63,927 nucleotides of DNA. Origin: an uncultured Candidatus Saccharibacteria bacterium (GTDB taxonomy: Bacteria; Patescibacteriota; Minisyncoccia; Minisyncoccales; CAYJUL01). Numbering within the stretch: the stretch's first letter is position 1; each line of letters opens with the position of its first letter. Below the pieces are notes generated by a model that was not told where the DNA came from, made no database searches, and saw only the letters and a list, made by a program, of their open reading frames with translations. The stretch covers positions 1 through 63,927 of the forward strand of contig CAYNXX010000003.1 of NCBI GenBank assembly GCA_964401295.1, in the 5' to 3' direction. Shown here one piece after another: positions 40,158-48,040 of this stretch. The position numbers and the translations under genes were made by a program.

Positions 40158-41241
40158 GGTATACTTTCTTGGTTTTTTCTAGCATTTTATCCAGAGAAAA
40201 TTGCAAAGATTGCCGCCGCGCTTCTCTGGCAAAGCCATCGCGCAGGGCCGCATCTTCAATAAGTGCGGCAAGCGCTTTTTTTATCCCTTCTTTATCCCTG
40301 ACCGGTACCAATATCCCGCATCTGTCGCTAATTAATTCTTTTACTCCGCCGACATTGGAAACAATAATCGCAATGCCAGCGCTCATCGCCTCTAAAACAC
40401 TATAGGGGCAAGCTTCAAAATTTGAAATAAGCGTGAAAATATCAGCCAGTTTCAACATCTGCCACACCATAGGGCGCGGCACTTCTCCAACAAGGCGAAC
40501 AGCTTGCTCCATTTTATGCTGGCGGATAAAACGCTCAAGTTTTGGTCGCAAAGGACCTTCGCCAACAATATCCAAACAAATATTTTTTGTTGCAACCTGC
40601 AGTTCAAAAAATGCCCTTAAAAGCAGTAACGGATCTTTTTGGCTACTCAATCGTCCTACAAAAATTATCCTGACCGGGCTGGATTCCATTTTTCCGCGAA
40701 TTCCATCCGCCGGAACCATTTCTATGCCGTTGTGAATACAGATAAGTTTATTTTTCTCCGCGATGCTCCATTTTTTGGCTAGCTCAACATCAAATTCGGA
40801 AACGCAGATAATTTTTGCAGCGTATCTGGCTGTAATTTGGGCGCTGAGAAAACCAACTATTCGCATCCAAAAAGAAGCCCTGGGCACAAAAGGCCACCCG
40901 TGCGCCGTAAATATCATCGGCCTTCTTGTGAAGATCGAAAGCGCGCCTATCAGTCCGGCAAAAGAACTATTGCAGTGCACAATATCTGGCGTAACTTGGC
41001 CGATCGCTTTTCGGCAACAATGCATCGCTTTCAAAATATTAATTGGTGAAAAATGGTGCGCAAAAAATGGATTTTCGTAGTATCGAATATTGTTCTTTTG
41101 CAGTTCTTGGGATAGCCAACCTGATCCGCGGCTCATTACTGCAACCTCATGTCCGAGTTCTTTCATATGCGAAGCTAGCTGCGCCACGTATGTTTGCGCG
41201 CCGCCGGCATCCGAATTTGTGACAATATATAAAATTTTCAT
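40120..41241 (-). CDS. Glycosyltransferase family 4 (GT-B, Glycos_transf_1)
   Basis: N-terminal GGAQTYV, C-terminal EACPYSVLEAMSAGIAIIVSNVGGVKELI. Confidence 0.88.
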   Translation of the reverse strand: MKILYIVTNSDAGGAQTYVAQLASHMKELGHEVAVMSRGSGWLSQELQKNNIRYYENPFFAHHFSPINILKAMHCCRKAIGQVTPDIVHCNSSFAGLIGALSIFTRRPMIFTAHGWPFVPRASFWMRIVGFLSAQITARYAAKIICVSEFDVELAKKWSIAEKNKLICIHNGIEMVPADGIRGKMESSPVRIIFVGRLSSQKDPLLLLRAFFELQVATKNICLDIVGEGPLRPKLERFIRQHKMEQAVRLVGEVPRPMVWQMLKLADIFTLISNFEACPYSVLEAMSAGIAIIVSNVGGVKELISDRCGILVPVRDKEGIKKALAALIEDAALRDGFAREARRQSLQFSLDKMLEKTKKVYHENFIQPHNSNI

Positions 41242-42242
41242 AGTTCGCCTTCTTTTTTCATATTTTCTCTCAATCCGTCAAAAACGCCTAGGAAAGAATA
41301 GTAAAACACCTGTGGCCGCCGGGCGCGATTCATAAAACCTGTTAAGAATGCCCAGAATGAATAATACAGACCGAGCTTTAACAAGACGAATGCCATGCTT
41401 TCGTTTTTCGTTTTTCTACCGATTATATCCATGTAGACCATGTTGCGGAAAATATAGTAATGTTTCCACGGAGGGGAAAAATTATGCAGGAAAAATTTGG
41501 CAATAAAAAATTTTTTCTCTTTAGGGCTCCATATCGGCACTGAAACCACTTTTATGATTGTTGTTGGGTGATACACGATGCTGGCTGCATGATAATAAAG
41601 ACGGAAGCCATGTTTTCTTAGCCGCTCAAAAAATTCCCACGATCCTCCATGGGTAAAATAAAGAGGGTCAGGCAGGCCGGCCTCGAGTAGGGCATTTTTC
41701 GGAAAAAGTATTCCCGTCCACTGAGCGCCGTGCCCTTCTACCAGTTCACCTATTTTGCATAATTCTTCATAGCTTTGCGTTGCTGAAAATTTTTTGCCGG
41801 CAAGAATAACGCTGACCGGTTCAAAAAAATGCGTCCCGTCTGGCACGAGCGCGCAACTTGCAAAAATTCTTTTTTTCTGCGGTTGCTCGCGGGCAGACTC
41901 CAGGAGTCTTAAAAGAGCATCCTTTGCCGGCACAACGTCCTGCTCTATGGCCCAAATGTAATCAAAACCAGCCGACAGCGCCCTTTTAAGTCCGGCGTTA
42001 AACCCGCCTTCGCTTCCCGTGTTATGCTTGAGTCTCAAATAGTCAATTTTTTTATTCCCAAAATAGCCAAGACTTCTTAAAAATTCCAAGGCGCCGTCTT
42101 CTGAAGCATTATCTATGATAATAATCGCATCCAGCGGCCGCATCTGCAAACACAAAGCCCTAAGGCATTTTTCAAGCGCTTTTTTATTGTTATAAGCAAC
42201 AGTTACGCTAGCAACCGAGAAAGAAGACGCAGTAGGATCCAT
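41238..42242 (-). CDS. Glycosyltransferase family 2 (rhamnosyltransferase-like), paralogue of 43123-44142
   Basis: VTVAYNNKKALEKCLRAL..QMRPLDAIIIIDNASEDGALEFL; the fold pattern is shared with the 339-aa GT2. Confidence 0.8.
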   Translation of the reverse strand: MDPTASSFSVASVTVAYNNKKALEKCLRALCLQMRPLDAIIIIDNASEDGALEFLRSLGYFGNKKIDYLRLKHNTGSEGGFNAGLKRALSAGFDYIWAIEQDVVPAKDALLRLLESAREQPQKKRIFASCALVPDGTHFFEPVSVILAGKKFSATQSYEELCKIGELVEGHGAQWTGILFPKNALLEAGLPDPLYFTHGGSWEFFERLRKHGFRLYYHAASIVYHPTTIIKVVSVPIWSPKEKKFFIAKFFLHNFSPPWKHYYIFRNMVYMDIIGRKTKNESMAFVLLKLGLYYSFWAFLTGFMNRARRPQVFYYSFLGVFDGLRENMKKEGEL

Positions 42243-43126
42243 CTTAAATAAAAAATAAATAAATAAATTTTTTCGGGCAGAAAGGAAAGGATAAGAAGAA
42301 AATACGGAGGAGGATAAATTGGGTAACTCCTTATTGCTTTAATGATTCTATTTCTTGCGCTTTTAATATCGCCCCAGTTCATATAAATATAGGCGTCGAA
42401 AAACAGCCGGCGCGTCAAATGAAACGGATTGGATGTGTAATATAATATATATTTTTGCAGTATCTGGTCCATATCTCTTTGCATCTTAGCGCAATGCTTA
42501 CGGGAGGTCAGACTTTCTTCTGTATTATTTCTTTTCAAAGCTCTTTGCGGAGCGACTATAAAATGGTAGCCGGCCAGCGCGATCCTGCAAAGCAAATCCC
42601 AATCGTCGGCAAAACTAATATTTTCATCTATAAATCCGCAGTTTTGCACGATTTGTTTTTTTATCACCACCGAAGAGAAATAGATGGGCATTTTTGAAAG
42701 AACAGAATCGCCACTTATTGCTCTTGGAACGGAAACCATCCTTGACGTCCTAACATCTTCGCAGGCCACTACCGCCAGCAAAGGATCAGCGCTTTTTTCA
42801 AACAAATCTAATTGAATTTCTAATTTTTCCGGCAACCACTCGCCGTGCTGACAGATAAACGCGAGGTAATCTCCTACGGCCATTTTTATTCCCATATTAC
42901 GCGGCCCGGCCGGACCGCCGGAATTCTTGGAAATAAATATCGGCCGGATTCTTTTATCCTCGCTCGCAAATCTCTGCAATAAATTTTTTGTGCCATCGTT
43001 TGATGCGTCATCTATCAAAAGCAATTCCCAATTTTGCAAAGTCTGATTTTTTATGCTTAAAACCGTGCGCTCCAGCGTGGTCTCGGCATTATATACCGGA
43101 AGGATAACCGAAACTTTGGGCCTCAT
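42203..43126 (-). CDS. Glycosyltransferase family 2
   Basis: VSVILPVYNAETTLERTVLSIKNQTLQNWELLLIDDASNDGT. Confidence 0.85.
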   Translation of the reverse strand: MRPKVSVILPVYNAETTLERTVLSIKNQTLQNWELLLIDDASNDGTKNLLQRFASEDKRIRPIFISKNSGGPAGPRNMGIKMAVGDYLAFICQHGEWLPEKLEIQLDLFEKSADPLLAVVACEDVRTSRMVSVPRAISGDSVLSKMPIYFSSVVIKKQIVQNCGFIDENISFADDWDLLCRIALAGYHFIVAPQRALKRNNTEESLTSRKHCAKMQRDMDQILQKYILYYTSNPFHLTRRLFFDAYIYMNWGDIKSARNRIIKAIRSYPIYPPPYFLLILSFLPEKIYLFIFYLRWILLRLLSRLLA

Positions 43127-44142
43127 AATGTAAATCTGTTAATAAGGCGCTCGTTAAAGCCGTCCCAAAAGCCCAACATGCAATACTTAAAGGCCGGCAA
43201 ACGGTTCTTGTCCATGCTTATAACAACAAAGAGGCGGAAAAGACAATAAGGAACAGCCTTAAAAAACCGCACTAAAAAATTAATGCCGTGTCTTTCGCTT
43301 CTTCTGCCCAAACGCATTATAAGACCATTGCGCATTTGGTAATAATACTTCCAGGCAGGACGCAATCTGTAAAAATATATTTTCCAGCGTTTCGTTGGTC
43401 CCCAGAATAATGTTTTATATCCGTGCGCCAAGCGCGGATGAAATACGATGCTCTTTGTAGAATAATAGAGCGGAAAACCTCTTTGTCTGAGCCTGCGGCA
43501 AAATTCAAAAAATCCATCGTAAAAATATTCCGGATTGGGAAACGCACTAGTAAGCGCCTGGCGCGGCAAAAACAGTCCCGCATAAACCGCACCATGCCCT
43601 TCTACAAGCTCTCCAAATCCGCGCAGCTCTTCATAGCGCTCTATTTCTATATAGGCAACTCCGTCCGGCGTAGTAAAAATAGGCCTCTTGTCGGAATTTG
43701 CGGCTGTCTTAGCAATAAAAATAGGCTCTGAAAAATAAATGCCGCCCGGCGCAAGGTGGGAGCTGTTAAAACATGCTTTTTGCGCCGGAAATTCTTCTGC
43801 GGCGGCCAGAAGATACGCCAGTGCATCGTCTTTAGCTCCAGCATCCTGATCAAAAAGCCAAAAGTAATCAAACCCTTCTTGGTATGCCATCTTAAGGCCT
43901 GCGTAAAATCCTCCATCCGGACCAACATTTACGCTTAGCTTGTAATAGGCTACCTTCGGTTTTGAAAGATATCCCTCCTGGCGTAAAAATTCCTCGGTTC
44001 CATCCCGAGAAGCATTATCCACTAGGAAAATCTTATCCAATGGATAGCTCTGCCGAAGAAGCGAATCAAGGCATTGCCGCACAACAAACTTCGCATTATA
44101 AATCACCACAATGGCGCAAACTTTCGATCTTTTATCTTCCAT
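43123..44142 (-). CDS. Glycosyltransferase family 2 (rhamnosyltransferase-like)
   Basis: AIVVIYNAKFVVRQCLDSLLRQSYPLDKIFLVDNASRDGTEEFL. Confidence 0.8.
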   Translation of the reverse strand: MEDKRSKVCAIVVIYNAKFVVRQCLDSLLRQSYPLDKIFLVDNASRDGTEEFLRQEGYLSKPKVAYYKLSVNVGPDGGFYAGLKMAYQEGFDYFWLFDQDAGAKDDALAYLLAAAEEFPAQKACFNSSHLAPGGIYFSEPIFIAKTAANSDKRPIFTTPDGVAYIEIERYEELRGFGELVEGHGAVYAGLFLPRQALTSAFPNPEYFYDGFFEFCRRLRQRGFPLYYSTKSIVFHPRLAHGYKTLFWGPTKRWKIYFYRLRPAWKYYYQMRNGLIMRLGRRSERHGINFLVRFFKAVPYCLFRLFVVISMDKNRLPAFKYCMLGFWDGFNERLINRFTL

Positions 44143-45172
44143 AATACAGATGCGGATTCAGATATTTATTTTTAACATTTTTACGAATATCCATAAGCCA
44201 ACTCTTATGCTCTTTATACCAACGCATTGTCTCCAAAAAAGCATCGCTAAAAGAAAAATGGGGCCGCCACTCAAACTCTTTTTCTATCTTCCCGCTGTCA
44301 ATGGCATGAAAACGAATATCAGCCGGCCTGTCTTCTACAAATTCAATCCACGAATCATCCTTGCCAAAATAGCGCAAGATCATTCTTGCAATTTCTATGT
44401 TCTGCAGATTTTCTTTTGTGCCTACATTATAGATTTGCCCAGGCGTGCCCCTAAAAAGGCAGCGCTCCAGAGCCGCGCAGGTATCCAGCACATAAATCCA
44501 GTTTCGGACGTGCCTTCCATCGCCATAAAGGGGTAGTTTTTTTCCTTCCATAAGGCGTAGAACAAAAAATGGAATAAATTTTTCAGGGTGCTGAAATGGA
44601 CCGTAATTATTGGCGCATATTGCGACAACTACCGGCAGATTGAAAGTGCTAAAGTACGAAAGACACAAAAGATCTCCGGCGGCTTTTGTCGCTGCGTAGG
44701 GACTTTGCGGCGAAAGACGGTCTTCTTCCCGAAAGCCTCTTTTAAACCTGGATGGCAAGCTTCCATAAACCTCAATACTAGAAACCTCCAAATATTTTTT
44801 TATATGCGGACTCGCCATCCTTACTGCGTCAGCAATGCTTCGCACCCCCTCTATATTTGTCGTTACAAATTCTTCAGTGCCGCAATAAATAGATCTGTCA
44901 ACATGCGTTTCTGCAGCAAAGTTAACCAGATATTGCGGTCGGAACAAAGTGATAGCTCGCCGGAGACGCTGAAAATCTGCGATATCTCCTTTTAAAAATT
45001 TCGTGCGGCTGTTGCCTGCTATGTCCTTAAGTCTGCGCAAATCTCCAGCATAAGTCAGTTTATCATAATTCAAAATTAGCGCCCACGGATATTTTCGCAG
45101 AATATAACGTATAAAATGGGAGCCGATGAAACCTGCCCCTCCGGTCACAAAAATTTTAAGATTTTTCGGCAT
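44132..45172 (-). CDS. rfbB: dTDP-glucose 4,6-dehydratase
   Basis: VTGGAGFIGSHF Rossmann motif, YAATKAAGD (YxxxK), NNYGPFQHPEKFIPFFVLRLMEGKKLPLYGDGRHVRNWIYVLD. Confidence 0.88.
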   Translation of the reverse strand: MPKNLKIFVTGGAGFIGSHFIRYILRKYPWALILNYDKLTYAGDLRRLKDIAGNSRTKFLKGDIADFQRLRRAITLFRPQYLVNFAAETHVDRSIYCGTEEFVTTNIEGVRSIADAVRMASPHIKKYLEVSSIEVYGSLPSRFKRGFREEDRLSPQSPYAATKAAGDLLCLSYFSTFNLPVVVAICANNYGPFQHPEKFIPFFVLRLMEGKKLPLYGDGRHVRNWIYVLDTCAALERCLFRGTPGQIYNVGTKENLQNIEIARMILRYFGKDDSWIEFVEDRPADIRFHAIDSGKIEKEFEWRPHFSFSDAFLETMRWYKEHKSWLMDIRKNVKNKYLNPHLYYGR

Positions 45173-45196
45173 AGGCCACGGAAAATTAATTCTTGA

Positions 45197-46231
45197 TCAG
45201 CGAAGCCAATGGGAAATGTCGCCATCGCCCAGAAGGAGATGCCGCGGAGTTTTCTGCATCAGCGTCTCTTCTAAAAGTAAAATATCATTTCTGAAATACT
45301 TTCGCAATTCGTTGCGAAATTCGTCTCTTATTTTAGCCGAAGGAGCATGTTTTACCAACAACGAATAGGCCGCTGGCCCTAATAAATCTTTAACCCTGGG
45401 CAAAATGTTAAATCTGCGCTTTATGCCTAACTTTTCTTTTGTTTTTTGCACCAGCGGCAAAGGTTTTCTCCAAAAAAGCGGCTCAAAAAATTTTCGACAT
45501 AGTAAAGGCGCTATAAAATTTGCCTTCCACATCCTGCTTCTGTTTATCGCGGGGAAGTCTGATCGGCCGTCGGATGGCACGCCCAAAAATCTCAGCACTT
45601 TTTCATATACCTCTTTGGGATTTTGCCTGAAATAATCCCACATAATAATCAATGCCCTTTCCTGACTGATTAATTGATAAAATCTTTGCATCTGCTTGCC
45701 AAGTTGAAATATATCTCCGTATTGCAACACGCGCGGCTCTCTAATCCAGTCTGGCATATCAGGAATAAATAAACCATTTCTGCGGGCATCTTGAAGCCGC
45801 CATGCTTTTTCAAAATCAGGAGCGTCTTCTGTGCCCAAAAAACGATAGAGAAGGTAGTAAGAAGGCGCTGTTGCAAGCGGCGAGCGCAGTAAGACGATAA
45901 ATTTTGCCTCGGGATTATATCGCAGAATCTCCGGCACGGCTTTTTTGCTGAAAAGATACAAGACCGATCCTTCGCCTGCGGTTTTCCATAGTCTTTGCCT
46001 CAGCCTTGGGAAACATATATTGATATAATCCTCAACGGTGCACATACGCTGGTCCCTCGGAAGATTAAGATCTGTATTAAAAAAATTCGGCTCCTTCGGA
46101 CAAGAACATAATATATCCGGATGCGACTTCAAATATTCAAACAACGCTGTGGTTCCGCTGCGCGGCGCTCCGATGATAAAAAAATTTGGTTTTAACAATC
46201 CACTAGCCATTAAATAAATTTTCTTTAACAA
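45197..46231 (-). CDS. PAPS-dependent sulfotransferase family protein
   Basis: 5'-PSB loop IIGAPRSGTTAL and 3'-PB-like VLLRSPLATAPSYY; cytoplasmic (no signal peptide). Confidence 0.8.
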   Translation of the reverse strand: MLKKIYLMASGLLKPNFFIIGAPRSGTTALFEYLKSHPDILCSCPKEPNFFNTDLNLPRDQRMCTVEDYINICFPRLRQRLWKTAGEGSVLYLFSKKAVPEILRYNPEAKFIVLLRSPLATAPSYYLLYRFLGTEDAPDFEKAWRLQDARRNGLFIPDMPDWIREPRVLQYGDIFQLGKQMQRFYQLISQERALIIMWDYFRQNPKEVYEKVLRFLGVPSDGRSDFPAINRSRMWKANFIAPLLCRKFFEPLFWRKPLPLVQKTKEKLGIKRRFNILPRVKDLLGPAAYSLLVKHAPSAKIRDEFRNELRKYFRNDILLLEETLMQKTPRHLLLGDGDISHWLR

Positions 46232-47840
46232 ATTTTATCACTCTTAGGGCATTTTCTTCTGCGCCTAATTGATGAGTAAAAAGATGGACTTCTGCTTGCT
46301 CTGGCGGTTCATAAGGATCGGATATGCCAGTGAAGTGCAAAATTCTGCCCAACCGCGCCTTTTGATAAAGTCCTTTAGTATCCCTTTTCTCGCATATTTC
46401 CAGCGGACAATCACAAAATACCTCTATAAATCTTCCGCCAGCCTCTTCTACTTTCTTTCTCACAAACGATCGCTGCTGGGCATAGGGCGAAATAAATGAA
46501 CAGACAACTGCAACTCCCCTTTTTGTAAATAATGCCGCGAGAGTTGCAACTCTTCTAATATTTTCATCGCGATCCGCTTTTGAAAATCCAAGGTCGCTGC
46601 TTAGATACTCTCTCGCATCATCTCCGTCTAAACGTTCAGCCGGCCATCCGGCTTCTTCAATGAAACGAAAAACATTATTTGCGATTGTTGTTTTGCCAGA
46701 CTGCGATAAACCCGTAAACCATAATACAAATCCCCCTTTTTTGCTCATGGCTGAAGACTGATACCATTGATCTATCAGCGGCTTTCGGCTGCAAGAAAGT
46801 AGATAGAAAATCTCCGGACGCAAAAGAAAAGAGGGCGGTTGCTCCTTTTTTTCAATTAAATCGCGCAGAAGGGTCGCGCTAAAAGATATATCATCGTTCG
46901 TGATGCATTCGCCAGCGAAACGATGCCGTTTTGCGCCGGAACACCACACCACTTCCGGAAACTTCAAAATTTCAATTCCCAATTCTTTTTTTGAGAAGCT
47001 GTCAAAAATCTGCTGAGCCGCGAACGGAAGATAATAATTGCCTACCCCTGCATGATCCCGCCCCACAATAAAATGAGTGCAGCCATAATTTCTCCGCACT
47101 AGAGCATGAAATACCGCTTCGCGAGGACCAGCATAACGCATTTTCAAAAATGCGACTGCCAAAATTGCTCGTCCTTGGGGATAATAATGGTCAAACAGCA
47201 TTTCGTAGCTCGCAAGAATATATTCGTCCTTAAAATCTGCAAGCTTCTTTCTCCCCACGATTGGCTGTAAAAAAAGTCCGTCTGTCACAGATAGCGCTTG
47301 CTGATGTAAAAACTCATGGCCCCGGTGCGGTACATTTCTCGTCTGAAACGCGGCTATTGTTTTCCATCCTTTTTCATGGAAAATCTTTTTTGTTTCGACG
47401 GGCCTAAAATAATATTCCCTAAATTCGTGAACTTCGGGCAAACTTATAGTTTCCAGCTCTCCACCCAATAAATAATTCTTCATCTGGACGAATTCGTCAA
47501 CTCCCGGATGCTTTCTGTCGGCGGTTCCAAAAATTAATCGCGCGCTGCGTTCTTTGTCATACTCGTAAATTTCGATATCCTTGAGCAAACCTATGATTTT
47601 AGATTCCTCATCCTTTAATAAAACCTCATCTTCTTTTTTAAGTCTATCCGCTGTTTGCTGGTCAATATCCAAAATAATCGGAATCGGCCATATCGCTCCG
47701 TTACTAAGCCGCATTTCGGTGCATACGCTTTCAAAATCCTTTTTCTTTAAAAATCCGGAAAGCGGCGCATATACACCGTCTTTAATATTTCTTAGCTCAT
47801 TTATTTTTTCTGCGCTCAACACGAGTTCTTCATGGGCCAT
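46203..47840 (-). CDS. sat/cysC: Bifunctional sulfate adenylyltransferase (ATP sulfurylase) / adenylylsulfate kinase, i.e. a PAPS synthase
   Basis: QTRNVPHRGHEFL and GRDHAGVGNYY (sulfurylase). The C-terminal domain has GLSQSGKTTIAN (P-loop) and FISPY (APS kinase). Confidence 0.9.
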   Translation of the reverse strand: MAHEELVLSAEKINELRNIKDGVYAPLSGFLKKKDFESVCTEMRLSNGAIWPIPIILDIDQQTADRLKKEDEVLLKDEESKIIGLLKDIEIYEYDKERSARLIFGTADRKHPGVDEFVQMKNYLLGGELETISLPEVHEFREYYFRPVETKKIFHEKGWKTIAAFQTRNVPHRGHEFLHQQALSVTDGLFLQPIVGRKKLADFKDEYILASYEMLFDHYYPQGRAILAVAFLKMRYAGPREAVFHALVRRNYGCTHFIVGRDHAGVGNYYLPFAAQQIFDSFSKKELGIEILKFPEVVWCSGAKRHRFAGECITNDDISFSATLLRDLIEKKEQPPSFLLRPEIFYLLSCSRKPLIDQWYQSSAMSKKGGFVLWFTGLSQSGKTTIANNVFRFIEEAGWPAERLDGDDAREYLSSDLGFSKADRDENIRRVATLAALFTKRGVAVVCSFISPYAQQRSFVRKKVEEAGGRFIEVFCDCPLEICEKRDTKGLYQKARLGRILHFTGISDPYEPPEQAEVHLFTHQLGAEENALRVIKFVKENLFNG

Positions 47841-48040
47841 ATATTGCTCTTAAAAAGTCTCGGTCTTTTTCGCAAGAATGATAGGATAACTGAAATAGAT
47901 AGTCACTCCGGTTTATATTTCCGTAAGCTCATAGCCATGGAGGTGAATCCACTATCATATTTTATTTCTCTCAAAAATAAAAACGAGCGTCAAGCAGTGA
48001 AAAGATGAGTGCGTATGTAGTGCCGAGCAGCTGCCTTGCG

